The notes beneath the pieces are model-generated. The model worked only from the letters and a program-made list of their open reading frames with translations. It ran no database searches and was not told the origin of the DNA. A stretch of DNA of 64,000 nt from a virus (taxonomy: Duplodnaviria; Heunggongvirae; Uroviricota; Caudoviricetes; Herelleviridae): IMG/VR virus record IMGVR_UViG_2706795655_000001; one strand, written 5' to 3'. Both the position numbers and the translations under genes were made by a program. Of the stretch, positions 29,750 through 38,636 are shown in pieces. Numbering within the stretch: the first letter of the stretch is position 1; each line of letters opens with the position of its first letter.

Positions 29750-30060
29750 TGAGTAAATTAGTCAACCGTGAAGAGATTGCTAGACGTGTAGCGATTACAG
29801 GCGGTTACACGAAAGGTGAGATGGAGGAGGTTATCAAAACAATAGAGGATGTTATCGAAGAAGCGATAGAGAACGGAGAGACTGTGAAATTTGGGAAGCT
29901 TTACAAGCTCTTCCTGCACGATTTACCTTATAAGAAGTGTTGGGATAACCTTAACCAGAGATACGTCATCAGGGAGCCTAAGAAAGTCCCTAAATTCGAA
30001 CTACTATCACGGTTAAAGAAAATAGAGATTCCTATTAAAAAGGAGGAACAGAATGATTAG
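29749..30060 (+). CDS. HU/IHF-like type II DNA-binding protein (TF1-like)
   Basis: Length and motif layout parallel HU: an N-terminal helix-rich segment, a KFGKLY beta-arm region and an RYVIREPKKVPKFE arm. Confidence 0.45.
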   Translation: MSKLVNREEIARRVAITGGYTKGEMEEVIKTIEDVIEEAIENGETVKFGKLYKLFLHDLPYKKCWDNLNQRYVIREPKKVPKFELLSRLKKIEIPIKKEEQND

Positions 30061-30223
30061 CTGTGCATGCTTCTGTCCCCGGTGTAAACACAACTTAACT
30101 AGAAATGGTAGTTTTAAATCTGATACTGACGAAGGTGTAAGATATACGTGTACTACCTGTGGTTTAAAGACCTTATGGTACTTCGATGCACCCGTTCCGA
30201 TACTAGTAAAAGAAGAGAAATAA
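30053..30223 (+). CDS. 56-aa four-Cys zinc-ribbon mini-protein (absent from ORF track)
   Basis: ATG 7 nt after AAGGAGGAA. CxxC...CxxC pattern (CPRC ... CTTC). Confidence 0.5.
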   Translation: MISCACFCPRCKHNLTRNGSFKSDTDEGVRYTCTTCGLKTLWYFDAPVPILVKEEK

Positions 30224-30247
30224 AAAATCTCTTCTTTTTTTATTTTT
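30211..30247 (+). terminator. Rho-independent terminator
   Basis: AGAAGAG-loop-CTCTTCT hairpin followed by a long T run. Confidence 0.65.
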
Positions 30248-30251
30248 ATTG

Positions 30252-30280
30252 TTGACTTTTAGAATAGTAGAGTGTAATAT
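30252..30280 (+). promoter_or_regulatory. Sigma-A-type promoter TTGACT-N17-TAATAT
   Basis: Verified spacing. Confidence 0.55.
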
Positions 30281-30321
30281 AAAGACATAAGATAACAACA
30301 CAAAAACAAGGAGGTGCAAAA

Positions 30322-30600
30322 ATGAAACAAGAATGTCCCCAGTGTAAAGGAGAAGGGCATGTAAGAGTAAGTCTAGATGGGGCAATGAAATGTGGAGCCT
30401 GTCAGGGTTCGGGTTGCAAAGAAGAAGAGAAAGATGAAGTGTTCCTAGTAATACTAGAAAATGATTTTGGTAGGGATACTGTAGTAGCTGTAAGGAAGAA
30501 AGAACAGGACGCGATAGACTTAATGCACGATAAAGATGATTATTGCAAATGGAACGGTTTACCTTACGGACACAGAGTAGAAAGGCATGATGTAAAATAA
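30322..30600 (+). CDS. Mini-protein with two DnaJ-type CxxCxGxG zinc-finger motifs
   Basis: CPQCKGEG and CGACQGSG motifs. AAGGAGG RBS. Confidence 0.5.
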   Translation: MKQECPQCKGEGHVRVSLDGAMKCGACQGSGCKEEEKDEVFLVILENDFGRDTVVAVRKKEQDAIDLMHDKDDYCKWNGLPYGHRVERHDVK

Positions 30601-30613
30601 GAGGAGGGCTAAT

Positions 30614-30856
30614 ATGCCAAAAGTACATAAGGTTACAATATATGTTGTAGATTTATATGGTGACTACGATAACTACACAGAGGAAGAGGTTGCAGAAGAA
30701 ATTAAGCGACATGTAGACTTGCAACTAGATACTATGAGTCATGTAGGTAAAATAGAATCATCAGAAGAGTTTGAGTGGGATGACGAATTAGCTATCAACA
30801 AGACAAAAGCAACAACAGAAGACCACGAAGCTTATTTCAAAAAGGAGGGGAAATAA
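30614..30856 (+). CDS. Hypothetical acidic small protein
   Basis: GAGGAGGG RBS. Confidence 0.4.
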   Translation: MPKVHKVTIYVVDLYGDYDNYTEEEVAEEIKRHVDLQLDTMSHVGKIESSEEFEWDDELAINKTKATTEDHEAYFKKEGK

Positions 30857-31045
30857 ATGGCAATTAAAAAAGAAGTATTCGTAATGTCGGTTGTATTCGA
30901 TACACGAGATACATACGGTGAATCTGCATTAGAGTCCATCGAACATGAGATGTATAACCTAGATGGTTTTATCGAATGGGATTCTAAAATCAAGAAAGTA
31001 GAAACACTGGAAGTTAAAGAAGAGGATTTAGAGGAGGGAGAATAG
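30857..31045 (+). CDS. Hypothetical acidic small protein
   Basis: AAGGAGGGG RBS. Confidence 0.4.
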   Translation: MAIKKEVFVMSVVFDTRDTYGESALESIEHEMYNLDGFIEWDSKIKKVETLEVKEEDLEEGE

Positions 31046-31434
31046 TGAAAAAAGTAAGTATTAACTTAACTTTAGAAGATAATGAATTATTCGAGAAAAG
31101 TATTAAGGATGCGCTGATTTCACAAGCGAAACAAATTTCTAGAGAAGAAATCGATAAAGCTCTTACATATGAAATAAATAGAGTGGCGACAGCTAGGGTT
31201 AATGAATTAAAGAATGGAGGGTATTGGAACTATACGCAAACAGAAATTACAAAAAATATCGCAAAACGATTGGAAAAAGAAATAACAATCGACAGAGATG
31301 CGCTAACTGCTCTTCTAGAAGAAAAAGTAAATAAGTATTTAGACGAAAAAATCCATTTATTCGGCGGAATAGACAAGTATGTGCAAAACTATATCAACAA
31401 TGCTATCGCTGATTTATTAACAAATAAACGGTAG
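31045..31434 (+). CDS. Hypothetical protein
   Basis: GTG start after GAGGAGGGAG. Confidence 0.4.
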   Translation: MKKVSINLTLEDNELFEKSIKDALISQAKQISREEIDKALTYEINRVATARVNELKNGGYWNYTQTEITKNIAKRLEKEITIDRDALTALLEEKVNKYLDEKIHLFGGIDKYVQNYINNAIADLLTNKR

Positions 31435-31454
31435 ATTTTAGAGGAGGGAGAATA

Positions 31455-31589
31455 ATGTACTCTCTATTAGTAGGAATTATAATGTTATTAATCTTATTCG
31501 CTGGTCTTTGGGTATTAGCAGGTAAGAGAGGTATTTTCGAATACATTGGCGGTTTAGTAGAAAAATTTATTAATCTATTTAAAAATTAG
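31455..31589 (+). CDS. 44-aa single-TM membrane mini-protein (absent from ORF track)
   Basis: ATG after GAGGAGGGAG. Hydrophobic core LLVGIIMLLILFAGLWVLA. Immediately upstream of the SPFH gene. Confidence 0.45.
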   Translation: MYSLLVGIIMLLILFAGLWVLAGKRGIFEYIGGLVEKFINLFKN

Positions 31590-31601
31590 GAGGAAAATAA
31601 T

Positions 31602-32414
31602 ATGAATTTATCAAAAAGCACATGGAACATGAAAAAGGTAGTAGGAGCATCAGTATTAGGAGCAATGATTTTAGGTGGCGGTATCTTTACTGCAATGAGC
31701 GTTACAAGTATTGAACAAGGTCATGTAGGTGTAGTTTACAACCGTGGATATGGTATTGAGAAAGAAACATTAGGTCAAGGTTGGCATTGGGTTGCACCGT
31801 GGAAACGAGTAACTGCATACCCGATTTCTACATCAACAGTAAATGTGGACAAGTTTAACGTACAAACGAAAGATGGTAAACCATTAACAGTTAGTTTATC
31901 TTATGACTACGCGAATGATGTGGACAAGTTACCAGCAATCTACAATAAGTTTAAAGGACAAGCTCCGGATGTAACAGAGAATGGTTGGTTACAAACTCGT
32001 ATCAAGAAAGCTACACTAAATGTATTCTCTAACTATTCAGTTCTAGAAGTGTTCCAGCATCAAGGAGACATTAACGCTAAAATTGAAAAAGAGTTTAAAG
32101 CAATGGTAACTAACACAGGATTCTTAGTGGACTCTGTAACGTTAGAAGCGCCTAAACCAGATGCAAACACAGCTAAAGCGATTCAAGGCGTAGTAGATGC
32201 TCAACAGAACTTAGAAAAAGCGGAAATTGAAAAGAAACAAGCTACAATTACTGCTGAGAAGTTAATTGAAGAAGCTCGTGGTAAAGCAGAAGCAAACCGT
32301 ATTGTTAAAGAATCTTTAACTCCAGAACTTCTTGAGTCTAAGAAAATTGACAAATGGGACGGAAAATTACCACAAGTTACTGGTGAAGCTAACCCGTTAA
32401 TCCAAGTTAAATAA
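31602..32414 (+). CDS. SPFH/band-7 (stomatin/prohibitin/HflK-like) membrane protein
   Basis: N-terminal TM helix, SPFH-like core (GHVGVVYNRGYGIEKETLGQGWHWVAPW) and a C-terminal coiled-coil A/E/K-rich region. Confidence 0.55.
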   Translation: MNLSKSTWNMKKVVGASVLGAMILGGGIFTAMSVTSIEQGHVGVVYNRGYGIEKETLGQGWHWVAPWKRVTAYPISTSTVNVDKFNVQTKDGKPLTVSLSYDYANDVDKLPAIYNKFKGQAPDVTENGWLQTRIKKATLNVFSNYSVLEVFQHQGDINAKIEKEFKAMVTNTGFLVDSVTLEAPKPDANTAKAIQGVVDAQQNLEKAEIEKKQATITAEKLIEEARGKAEANRIVKESLTPELLESKKIDKWDGKLPQVTGEANPLIQVK

Positions 32415-32427
32415 TTTAGTATAACAT

Positions 32428-32456
32428 AAGAGGGGCATATTTGTCTCTCTTTTTTA
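32428..32456 (+). terminator. Weak terminator-like hairpin plus T run
   Basis: AAGAG...CTCTT followed by TTTTTT. Confidence 0.3.
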
Positions 32457-32485
32457 TTGTTTACTGATAGAGTTTGTGATATAAT
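32457..32485 (+). promoter_or_regulatory. Sigma-A-type promoter TTGTTT-N17-TATAAT (TG-extended)
   Basis: Verified spacing. Lies inside the ORF-track 5' extension of the polymerase gene, which argues for the TTG start at 32508. Confidence 0.55.
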
Positions 32486-32507
32486 AGAGAGAGAAGGAGG
32501 AGATAGG

Positions 32508-35500
32508 TTGAAGATATTATTCGCACAGGAATACCTAAGGGAAAACCACATGAAGAAGATGGAAGATGGAAGTCTTAAAAATGTGTTTCTCTCTACTAGA
32601 GGCGGGAAGTTATTAAAAAATCTTATTACAGATGGGTTAGGACTAGACAACAAAGATTTTTACATCGATTACGCCTATTATGCAGTACCGCAAGTTATTG
32701 GTAGGGATAAGAGTGGACGAGCCGTGAAATATAAGCAGCCCGCCCAGAAAGACGCGAACCCATTGCATGAAGAGTTTAGAGCGCGTATCGTAAAAGAGCG
32801 ACCAGATATTATCGTTCCTTCTGGTAATCTAGGTTGTAAGGCTCTTTTGGGTAAAGCATCTATTTCTACGATGCGTGGGGTACCGCAAAAAGTAAGAATT
32901 GTACATAAGACAACAAAAACAACTGATGTTCCGGATGACATATTTGAAGAATACAGATTATCTGGTGTTTTACGAGATTTAGAAAACAGTTTGAAAACAG
33001 CTACACGCGGACTTGAAAACATCGATAGTGGTATTGTTGGTGTTCGTGAGCCGTTCCGTGATTTAGTGCTACGGTACCCGCAGGTTCAACAAGAACGGGA
33101 TGACGCGGTAGCTCTAGTTGAAGGTTTAGAAGCGGAAATATCTGAATTGAGACTATCTGGTATAACTCCTGATTTTGAACTACCTGTTACTGAGGTAGAA
33201 GAAAGTCATACGTGTTGGGTTTTACCGATGTATTCAATGGAGTATATGCTTGTAAATCCGAAGATTCAAAACTTAGTAGAAGCCGATTTCGGTACGCTTA
33301 AGAAGTTCGTAGACGAAGGTGAGGATGCATTCGTAGCTAAGAAAGTTAAATACGAAGATGTAACCACTATCGAACGTGTACGAGAAATATTTACGAAGAT
33401 TGTACATGAAGCTCCAGTAGTATCATGGGATTTAGAGACAAACACCTTAAGTCCAGAACGAATAGGTGCAAAGCCTCTAGTAATCTCTATCTGTTGGAAA
33501 GAAGGTACAGGCGCTACTATTCCGCTACAACACAAAGATTTTATGTGGCTCCCGGGACATCTAGCAGAGATTTATAAATACATAGAAGAGTTTGTAGGTA
33601 ATGAAAATATCATAAAAGTAGGACACAATATCAAGTATGATATGAAATTCCTACGATTAACAAGAAATATTACACGATTTAAAAATAACCGTGATACGAA
33701 GACAATGTACTACTTACTTGTCAATCAGGATGTAAAAGGTTCATTACGATTATCAGACCTAACATATGAATTTACAGATATGGGTGGATATGATAAAGCG
33801 CTAGAAGATTACAAGAAACAATACATAGAAGATTACAAAGCAAAAGAAAAAGCTCGTATCGACAAAGAGAAACTTGATTGGAAGTTAAAATGCGATGCAG
33901 AGCGTGAACAAGCTAGTAACAAGATTAAAGAAATGAAAGCGGATATCAACGCTACAATCAAGGAACTTCGTTCTGAGTTAAAGGTTGTCAATAAGACGAT
34001 TAAGAAGTTAGAGAAAGATGAACAGCCTCTTACAGAGTTCTTAGCTGGTAGACCGGATTACTTAACAAACCGAATTGAAGAGCTTAAACAACTACGTGAT
34101 AGACAAGCGCAAGAGTGGAAGTATGAGAAACCAGAAACTCCGAAGTGGGATGAAGTAAAAGCTCCTGTTAACGAGATAGATGGTGGAGACTTCAACTATG
34201 AATGGATTCCTTTATGGGAAATGCTTTCTCCTTACGCTTCTGGTGACGTTGACGCGTGTTTACGCATCTATAACCAATTAGCTGCTAGATGCACGAAGAA
34301 AGGTCTAGAGAAGCTACAAGACCTTTATACAGGTCATTATCCGGAGCTTGTGAACGTTCTAGCTAAGATTGAAGCTACAGGTATCAAAACAGATATCCCG
34401 TACATCAAGAGCCTTGTAGAAGCTTATACGAAGGAAGAAAACAGACTTATTGCTCTTATGCGTAAGTTTCCTGAGATTAAGAAGCTAAAAGAGGAAAAAG
34501 AAGAGCTGTACCGCAAGGGTCTAGAAGAGAAAATGAAGCCTGTTAAGTTCCGTGATACGGAAATAGCGAAGTTACGTGACAAGTATAAGGATGAAGCGGA
34601 CAGAGAGTTTAACCCGAACTCATCCGATGACAAGCAAAAAGTCATGTTCAAGTATACAGGTATTAAACTTCCGTTCAACCGTGAGCATCTAGTAGATTCC
34701 GCTGTAGAGAACAACTTGGAAGAGGACGAAATCGAATGGTACCATTACAAGTCTAACTCCGCTAACATGAAGTATATAGCGCAGCACTACCCAGAGATGA
34801 AAGAACTAGCAGAATTACTGGTAGAGTTCTCACTGGTTAAGACTCGTAAACAGAACTTCACATACAAGTTCTTAAGTATGGTAGACCATAATGACATCTT
34901 GCATGGCTCGTTCAACAGTGAAGGGACAGAGACAAGTCGTTTATCATCAGCGAATCCTAATATGCAAAATATGCCCCGTAAATCAGGGGACGTATACCGT
35001 TTCGATTATAAACATCCAATCAAACGTATGTTTATTTCTAGATTCGAAGGTGGAGCATTAATCCAGCTCGATTACAGCTCATTAGAGTCTCGTGTAATGG
35101 CTTTAGATGCAATGGATATGGATATGATTAAGTCGTTCTTCGATGGCGAGGATATCCATAGACAGACCGCAGCCTTAACGTTCCGTAAGCCACCAGAGGA
35201 TGTTACAGACGATGAACGTACAAAAGCGAAAGCCGTATCGTTCGGTTTAGCGTATGGTGAGGTTCCGTTCTCATTCGCACCTAAACATAACATGACTGTA
35301 GATGAAGCGGAAAAACTATTTAAAGACTTTTTCGCAGGGAAACCGCGACTAGAACAGTACATAGAAGAGAATAAAGGAATCGCGATGAAAGCTGGTAGTA
35401 TCTCGTGTCTACAAGGATACACTCGTAATCTACGAGATGTGTATTCACAAGATAAACAGAAACGTAACGGCGCATTACGTCAGGCTACCAATACTCGTAT

Positions 35501-35951
35501 ACAGGGTTCTGGTGCGTTCCTAACGAATAACTCATTAATCTACATCAATAACCTGATTGAGAAAATGAACTTACGCTCTCGTATCGTACTAACGGTACAC
35601 GATAGTATCGTAATTGACTGTCCACCAGAAGAGATTAAGTTAATGGCTCATATCGGTAAGAAGGTCATGGAAAACCTACCTATCGATTGGTTATGGATTG
35701 ACTGGGAAGGGGAAAGAAGAAGATTCCCTATCACGGCTGACGTAGAGATTGGTGTTACATACAATGACATGGTAGATTACAACCCAGACGACTTAGATAC
35801 ATTCGATTCTGTAGCTGGTTACTGTAAGTACCACGGAGACTTAAAGAACGTTAAGAACTATAAGAACTCTAAGGCGATTACAGAAGAGAAGTACGATGAA
35901 CTAGTAGAAGTAATTAAGTCGAATAAACCGCAATACCAAAAAATAGCTTAA
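32508..35951 (+). CDS. Family A DNA polymerase (Pol I-like) with 3'-5' exonuclease, N-terminal extension and coiled-coil insertion
   Basis: Exo I VVSWDLETNTL, Exo II HNIKYDMKFL and Exo III YASGDVDACLRIY. Pol motif A LIQLDYSSLESRV, motif B RTKAKAVSFGLAYG and motif C VHDSIVID. TTG start 6 nt after GAAGGAGG. Confidence 0.8.
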   Translation: MKILFAQEYLRENHMKKMEDGSLKNVFLSTRGGKLLKNLITDGLGLDNKDFYIDYAYYAVPQVIGRDKSGRAVKYKQPAQKDANPLHEEFRARIVKERPDIIVPSGNLGCKALLGKASISTMRGVPQKVRIVHKTTKTTDVPDDIFEEYRLSGVLRDLENSLKTATRGLENIDSGIVGVREPFRDLVLRYPQVQQERDDAVALVEGLEAEISELRLSGITPDFELPVTEVEESHTCWVLPMYSMEYMLVNPKIQNLVEADFGTLKKFVDEGEDAFVAKKVKYEDVTTIERVREIFTKIVHEAPVVSWDLETNTLSPERIGAKPLVISICWKEGTGATIPLQHKDFMWLPGHLAEIYKYIEEFVGNENIIKVGHNIKYDMKFLRLTRNITRFKNNRDTKTMYYLLVNQDVKGSLRLSDLTYEFTDMGGYDKALEDYKKQYIEDYKAKEKARIDKEKLDWKLKCDAEREQASNKIKEMKADINATIKELRSELKVVNKTIKKLEKDEQPLTEFLAGRPDYLTNRIEELKQLRDRQAQEWKYEKPETPKWDEVKAPVNEIDGGDFNYEWIPLWEMLSPYASGDVDACLRIYNQLAARCTKKGLEKLQDLYTGHYPELVNVLAKIEATGIKTDIPYIKSLVEAYTKEENRLIALMRKFPEIKKLKEEKEELYRKGLEEKMKPVKFRDTEIAKLRDKYKDEADREFNPNSSDDKQKVMFKYTGIKLPFNREHLVDSAVENNLEEDEIEWYHYKSNSANMKYIAQHYPEMKELAELLVEFSLVKTRKQNFTYKFLSMVDHNDILHGSFNSEGTETSRLSSANPNMQNMPRKSGDVYRFDYKHPIKRMFISRFEGGALIQLDYSSLESRVMALDAMDMDMIKSFFDGEDIHRQTAALTFRKPPEDVTDDERTKAKAVSFGLAYGEVPFSFAPKHNMTVDEAEKLFKDFFAGKPRLEQYIEENKGIAMKAGSISCLQGYTRNLRDVYSQDKQKRNGALRQATNTRIQGSGAFLTNNSLIYINNLIEKMNLRSRIVLTVHDSIVIDCPPEEIKLMAHIGKKVMENLPIDWLWIDWEGERRRFPITADVEIGVTYNDMVDYNPDDLDTFDSVAGYCKYHGDLKNVKNYKNSKAITEEKYDELVEVIKSNKPQYQKIA

Positions 35952-35960
35952 GGAGGACTT

Positions 35961-36089
35961 ATGGCGGGTATAAAGATATTTACAGAAGAAGAATTAGATG
36001 CGATGGACTGGAACGACTTGCTAGAGTTGCATCTGATTCTGTCAGAAAATCTAGACAAAGTAAACATGGAAATTGACAATAGAATTTAG
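35961..36089 (+). CDS. 42-aa hypothetical mini-protein (absent from ORF track)
   Basis: ATG 6 nt after AAGGAGGA. Confidence 0.35.
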   Translation: MAGIKIFTEEELDAMDWNDLLELHLILSENLDKVNMEIDNRI

Positions 36090-36107
36090 TAAAAGGGAGA
36101 GATTTTA

Positions 36108-36362
36108 ATGGAGCAAAAAGCAAAATGGATTTTTATTGGAGAGTCTGACGAGTTCTTTACAAAGAGTAAGTTTTACCCGGAGATTGACCGAGCATCTACC
36201 GAGTGGGGTGGGATTTCAGAAGAAGCATTTATCGACATTATCAATAACGAGTTCGAAGTAGAACACCCAATCGATGAAAATTATAAGTTCTTTATCGATA
36301 ATGAGGGCGAACCGCATCTAATGGACAAAGAGTTTTGGCAAATTAATTTCTATAGACTATAA
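36108..36362 (+). CDS. Hypothetical small acidic protein
   Basis: AAAGGGAGAG RBS. Confidence 0.4.
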   Translation: MEQKAKWIFIGESDEFFTKSKFYPEIDRASTEWGGISEEAFIDIINNEFEVEHPIDENYKFFIDNEGEPHLMDKEFWQINFYRL

Positions 36363-36376
36363 GGAGGGAAATACAT

Positions 36377-36634
36377 ATGTATATTAGCGAATTAAACTAT
36401 GAAGAGAATGACTGGGTAGGTAGAGAATGCTACTTACCTAACTACTTACTAGGTTTGGAGATAGAAGGAGTTATGTACACAATTTGTCGCGTAGCTTATA
36501 TTGACGAAGTTACCGAGACTGTCTATGTACTCTATACGCATCCGGACGATGTAGGAGGTGAAGAAGGAACAGCAACCCAGCGATACGCATACATCCCTAA
36601 AGCTGACTTTGCTCAAAACGCTATGTGGACATAA
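36377..36634 (+). CDS. Hypothetical small protein
   Basis: AAGGAGGGAA RBS. Confidence 0.4.
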   Translation: MYISELNYEENDWVGRECYLPNYLLGLEIEGVMYTICRVAYIDEVTETVYVLYTHPDDVGGEEGTATQRYAYIPKADFAQNAMWT

Positions 36635-36649
36635 AAATAAAAAAGTTTA

Positions 36650-36677
36650 AGAGAAGGGGTTGACCCTTCTCTTTTTT
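36650..36677 (+). terminator. Rho-independent terminator (9-bp GC-rich stem)
   Basis: AGAGAAGGG-GTTGA-CCCTTCTCT followed by TTTTT. Confidence 0.75.
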
Positions 36678-36722
36678 GATGGTATTCTTTACTTACAGGC
36701 AACAACAAAAGGAGATGAGAGC

Positions 36723-36872
36723 ATGACTACAGAGGAAATACTAGAAAGTATTAGAGGTACAGAGGTGACAATTGATTTAGTATTCTTCACTGGAATATCA
36801 ACAGGAGACTTAGTAGCGCATACTGTACCGCACACATTTGTTATTGGAGAAGAAAAGGAGATGAGAGAATGA
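36723..36872 (+). CDS. 49-aa hypothetical mini-protein
   Basis: ATG after AAAGGAG. The track TTG start at 36660 lies inside the terminator stem and was rejected. Confidence 0.35.
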   Translation: MTTEEILESIRGTEVTIDLVFFTGISTGDLVAHTVPHTFVIGEEKEMRE

Positions 36873-37117
36873 TTAAAGTATTTACGACGTATGACTTTTC
36901 TAGTGGTAAAAGTACAACAATGATTTACGATGATGAAGGTCATAAAATTTATCAAGATAATTCAAAATTCGAAGCAGACTATGACACAGTTTATATGTTT
37001 GGTAGAAAGTTGTATACATTAGAAAGTGTAAAAGAATACGGCACTTACTTCATATTTGCTGAGTACGACAATGGAATTAAAGGATTGCTAAGTAAAAGGA
37101 AGGTTACATTAAAATGA
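36869..37117 (+). CDS. Hypothetical small protein
   Basis: AAAAGGAG RBS. Confidence 0.4.
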   Translation: MIKVFTTYDFSSGKSTTMIYDDEGHKIYQDNSKFEADYDTVYMFGRKLYTLESVKEYGTYFIFAEYDNGIKGLLSKRKVTLK

Positions 37118-37476
37118 ACTATAACATGTTTTATAAAGGAACGTACATAGGGTATGTATCAGATAAAGATGTGTTTTTGGAATCAGAAGGGGTTACATTT
37201 GAAGAACGAGTAGAAAAAGAGGAACCGCCATTTAGTATAGCTATCGAAGTGTTTGGGATTGATAAACCTAGTTGGCAATTGGTGGATATGGATGATGTTA
37301 TTTTAGAATCAGGTATGGGTAGCCCGGATTATGACTACGGAAAAACTTATGAGTACAAAGGATGCGTGTATGTACTTGAAGACCATGACCATTGCTTCGG
37401 TCACTCTAGGTTTGACCTTATTAAACTAGTGGATGAAAATAGAAGAAGTTTACTACCGGAGGTGCAGAATGATTAG
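37114..37476 (+). CDS. Hypothetical protein
   Basis: AAGGAAGG RBS. Confidence 0.4.
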   Translation: MNYNMFYKGTYIGYVSDKDVFLESEGVTFEERVEKEEPPFSIAIEVFGIDKPSWQLVDMDDVILESGMGSPDYDYGKTYEYKGCVYVLEDHDHCFGHSRFDLIKLVDENRRSLLPEVQND

Positions 37477-37753
37477 TAAAAAAGATTACAAACGGTTCAT
37501 TGATAACTTCGATAGTGCGTTTGAAGATATAGAGGTAGCTTTGGAGTCTATGGTGCATAAGACTATTATGATGCAGGTGTGCGATTTAACAGGAGATGAG
37601 AATGGTAAAGGGGTATTCGTAGAAGTAACAATTATGGATTATGAACTAGATGGGTTTATGGTAACAGTAGGGTTCATTGACCCATTAAACAATAACGTAC
37701 CTGATGTAAGATACTTAACGATTAATGATATTGCTAGAGAGGGGGAATGGTAA
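37469..37753 (+). CDS. Hypothetical small protein
   Basis: ATG after CCGGAGGTG, which is the internal Met of track ORF 37433. Confidence 0.35.
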   Translation: MISKKDYKRFIDNFDSAFEDIEVALESMVHKTIMMQVCDLTGDENGKGVFVEVTIMDYELDGFMVTVGFIDPLNNNVPDVRYLTINDIAREGEW

Positions 37754-38055
37754 TGGCTAAAGTCAACTTACTAAATATTAAAAAAGAAGTGGACAAGCTT
37801 GTAAAGTTGTGTAACAGCTTAAAAGGTCACTACTGTACCTTACCCGCAGATATATTAGAAATGGAGTGGCTAGGAAATCTACAAGTAAAATGTAAGATTA
37901 GAGAAGTGGATTTATTTGAAGGGTATGTAGGTGTACTATTTATAGACCCTGACCCAGACCCGAATGAAAAAGCTTATGGACTAATCGAATACGTAGACAT
38001 TGACAAGTTCCAAGAAAATGTAGGGTGGGGATGGGACACAGAGGAGGAATTATAA
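37753..38055 (+). CDS. Hypothetical small protein
   Basis: AGGGGGAA RBS. Second ATG chosen. Confidence 0.35.
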   Translation: MAKVNLLNIKKEVDKLVKLCNSLKGHYCTLPADILEMEWLGNLQVKCKIREVDLFEGYVGVLFIDPDPDPNEKAYGLIEYVDIDKFQENVGWGWDTEEEL

Positions 38056-38258
38056 TGGCGGCTGCATCGGTAACAGTTAGTACAAACGTAGGTGGCTACA
38101 AAGAATGGCGTGTGTATGGTGGTAATAGATTAGATGTAAGATGGATGAAAAGCGTTTACGAGAAAGCAGATTTTGAATGGATTAAAACAAAACATCCTAA
38201 GATGACACTAGAAGAGTGGAGAACTTTAAAATTGTCTTTAAATTTAAATAAGGGGTGA
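38055..38258 (+). CDS. Hypothetical small protein
   Basis: ATG after GAGGAGG, which is the internal Met of track ORF 38025. Confidence 0.35.
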   Translation: MAAASVTVSTNVGGYKEWRVYGGNRLDVRWMKSVYEKADFEWIKTKHPKMTLEEWRTLKLSLNLNKG

Positions 38259-38264
38259 AGTTAA

Positions 38265-38438
38265 ATGGAGACAGGAAGAGTTTATTACGAAGGGAATTTT
38301 GAATATAAGTGGAATGGCATCTGTTATGTGTATCGACACAAGAACGAATTTGATTGGGGTTTAGTTAGAACTACTAGTTTTCATATGGAAGTTATTAGAC
38401 AGTTAGAACATGACTATCACGAGGAGGATATATTTTGA
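38265..38438 (+). CDS. 57-aa hypothetical mini-protein (absent from ORF track)
   Basis: ATG after AAGGGGTGAAG. Trp/Tyr-rich. Confidence 0.35.
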   Translation: METGRVYYEGNFEYKWNGICYVYRHKNEFDWGLVRTTSFHMEVIRQLEHDYHEEDIF

Positions 38439-38635
38439 TTAAATTCTTTACGCAGCTATTTTGTCCACATGACTATGAAGGTGAGTATGAAACAATTGCA
38501 TCAGTAAGAGATGGAAACGACAATTTAGTAATTACAACAACTAGGTATAAGTGTAAGAAATGTGAAGATGTTATACATAAAGAAAAGATAGACAGAGTAG
38601 AAAAAGAATGGTATAAACAAAAGGAGGAAGAATAA
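38435..38635 (+). CDS. Zinc-ribbon-like mini-protein (CPHD...CKKCED)
   Basis: TTG start 7 nt after GAGGAGG. Two Cys pairs. Confidence 0.35.
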   Translation: MIKFFTQLFCPHDYEGEYETIASVRDGNDNLVITTTRYKCKKCEDVIHKEKIDRVEKEWYKQKEEE

Positions 38636-38636
38636 A

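Noticed and set aside
32457-32507. 5' extension of the DNA polymerase ORF.
   Set aside because: A verified promoter (-35 at 32457, -10 at 32480) lies within this extension, so the transcript begins downstream of the track ATG. The TTG at 32508 has a GAAGGAGG SD.
36660-36722. TTG start proposed by the track for the 36660-36872 ORF.
   Set aside because: The TTG sits inside the 9-bp terminator stem at 36650-36677. A proper ATG with an AAAGGAG SD exists at 36723.
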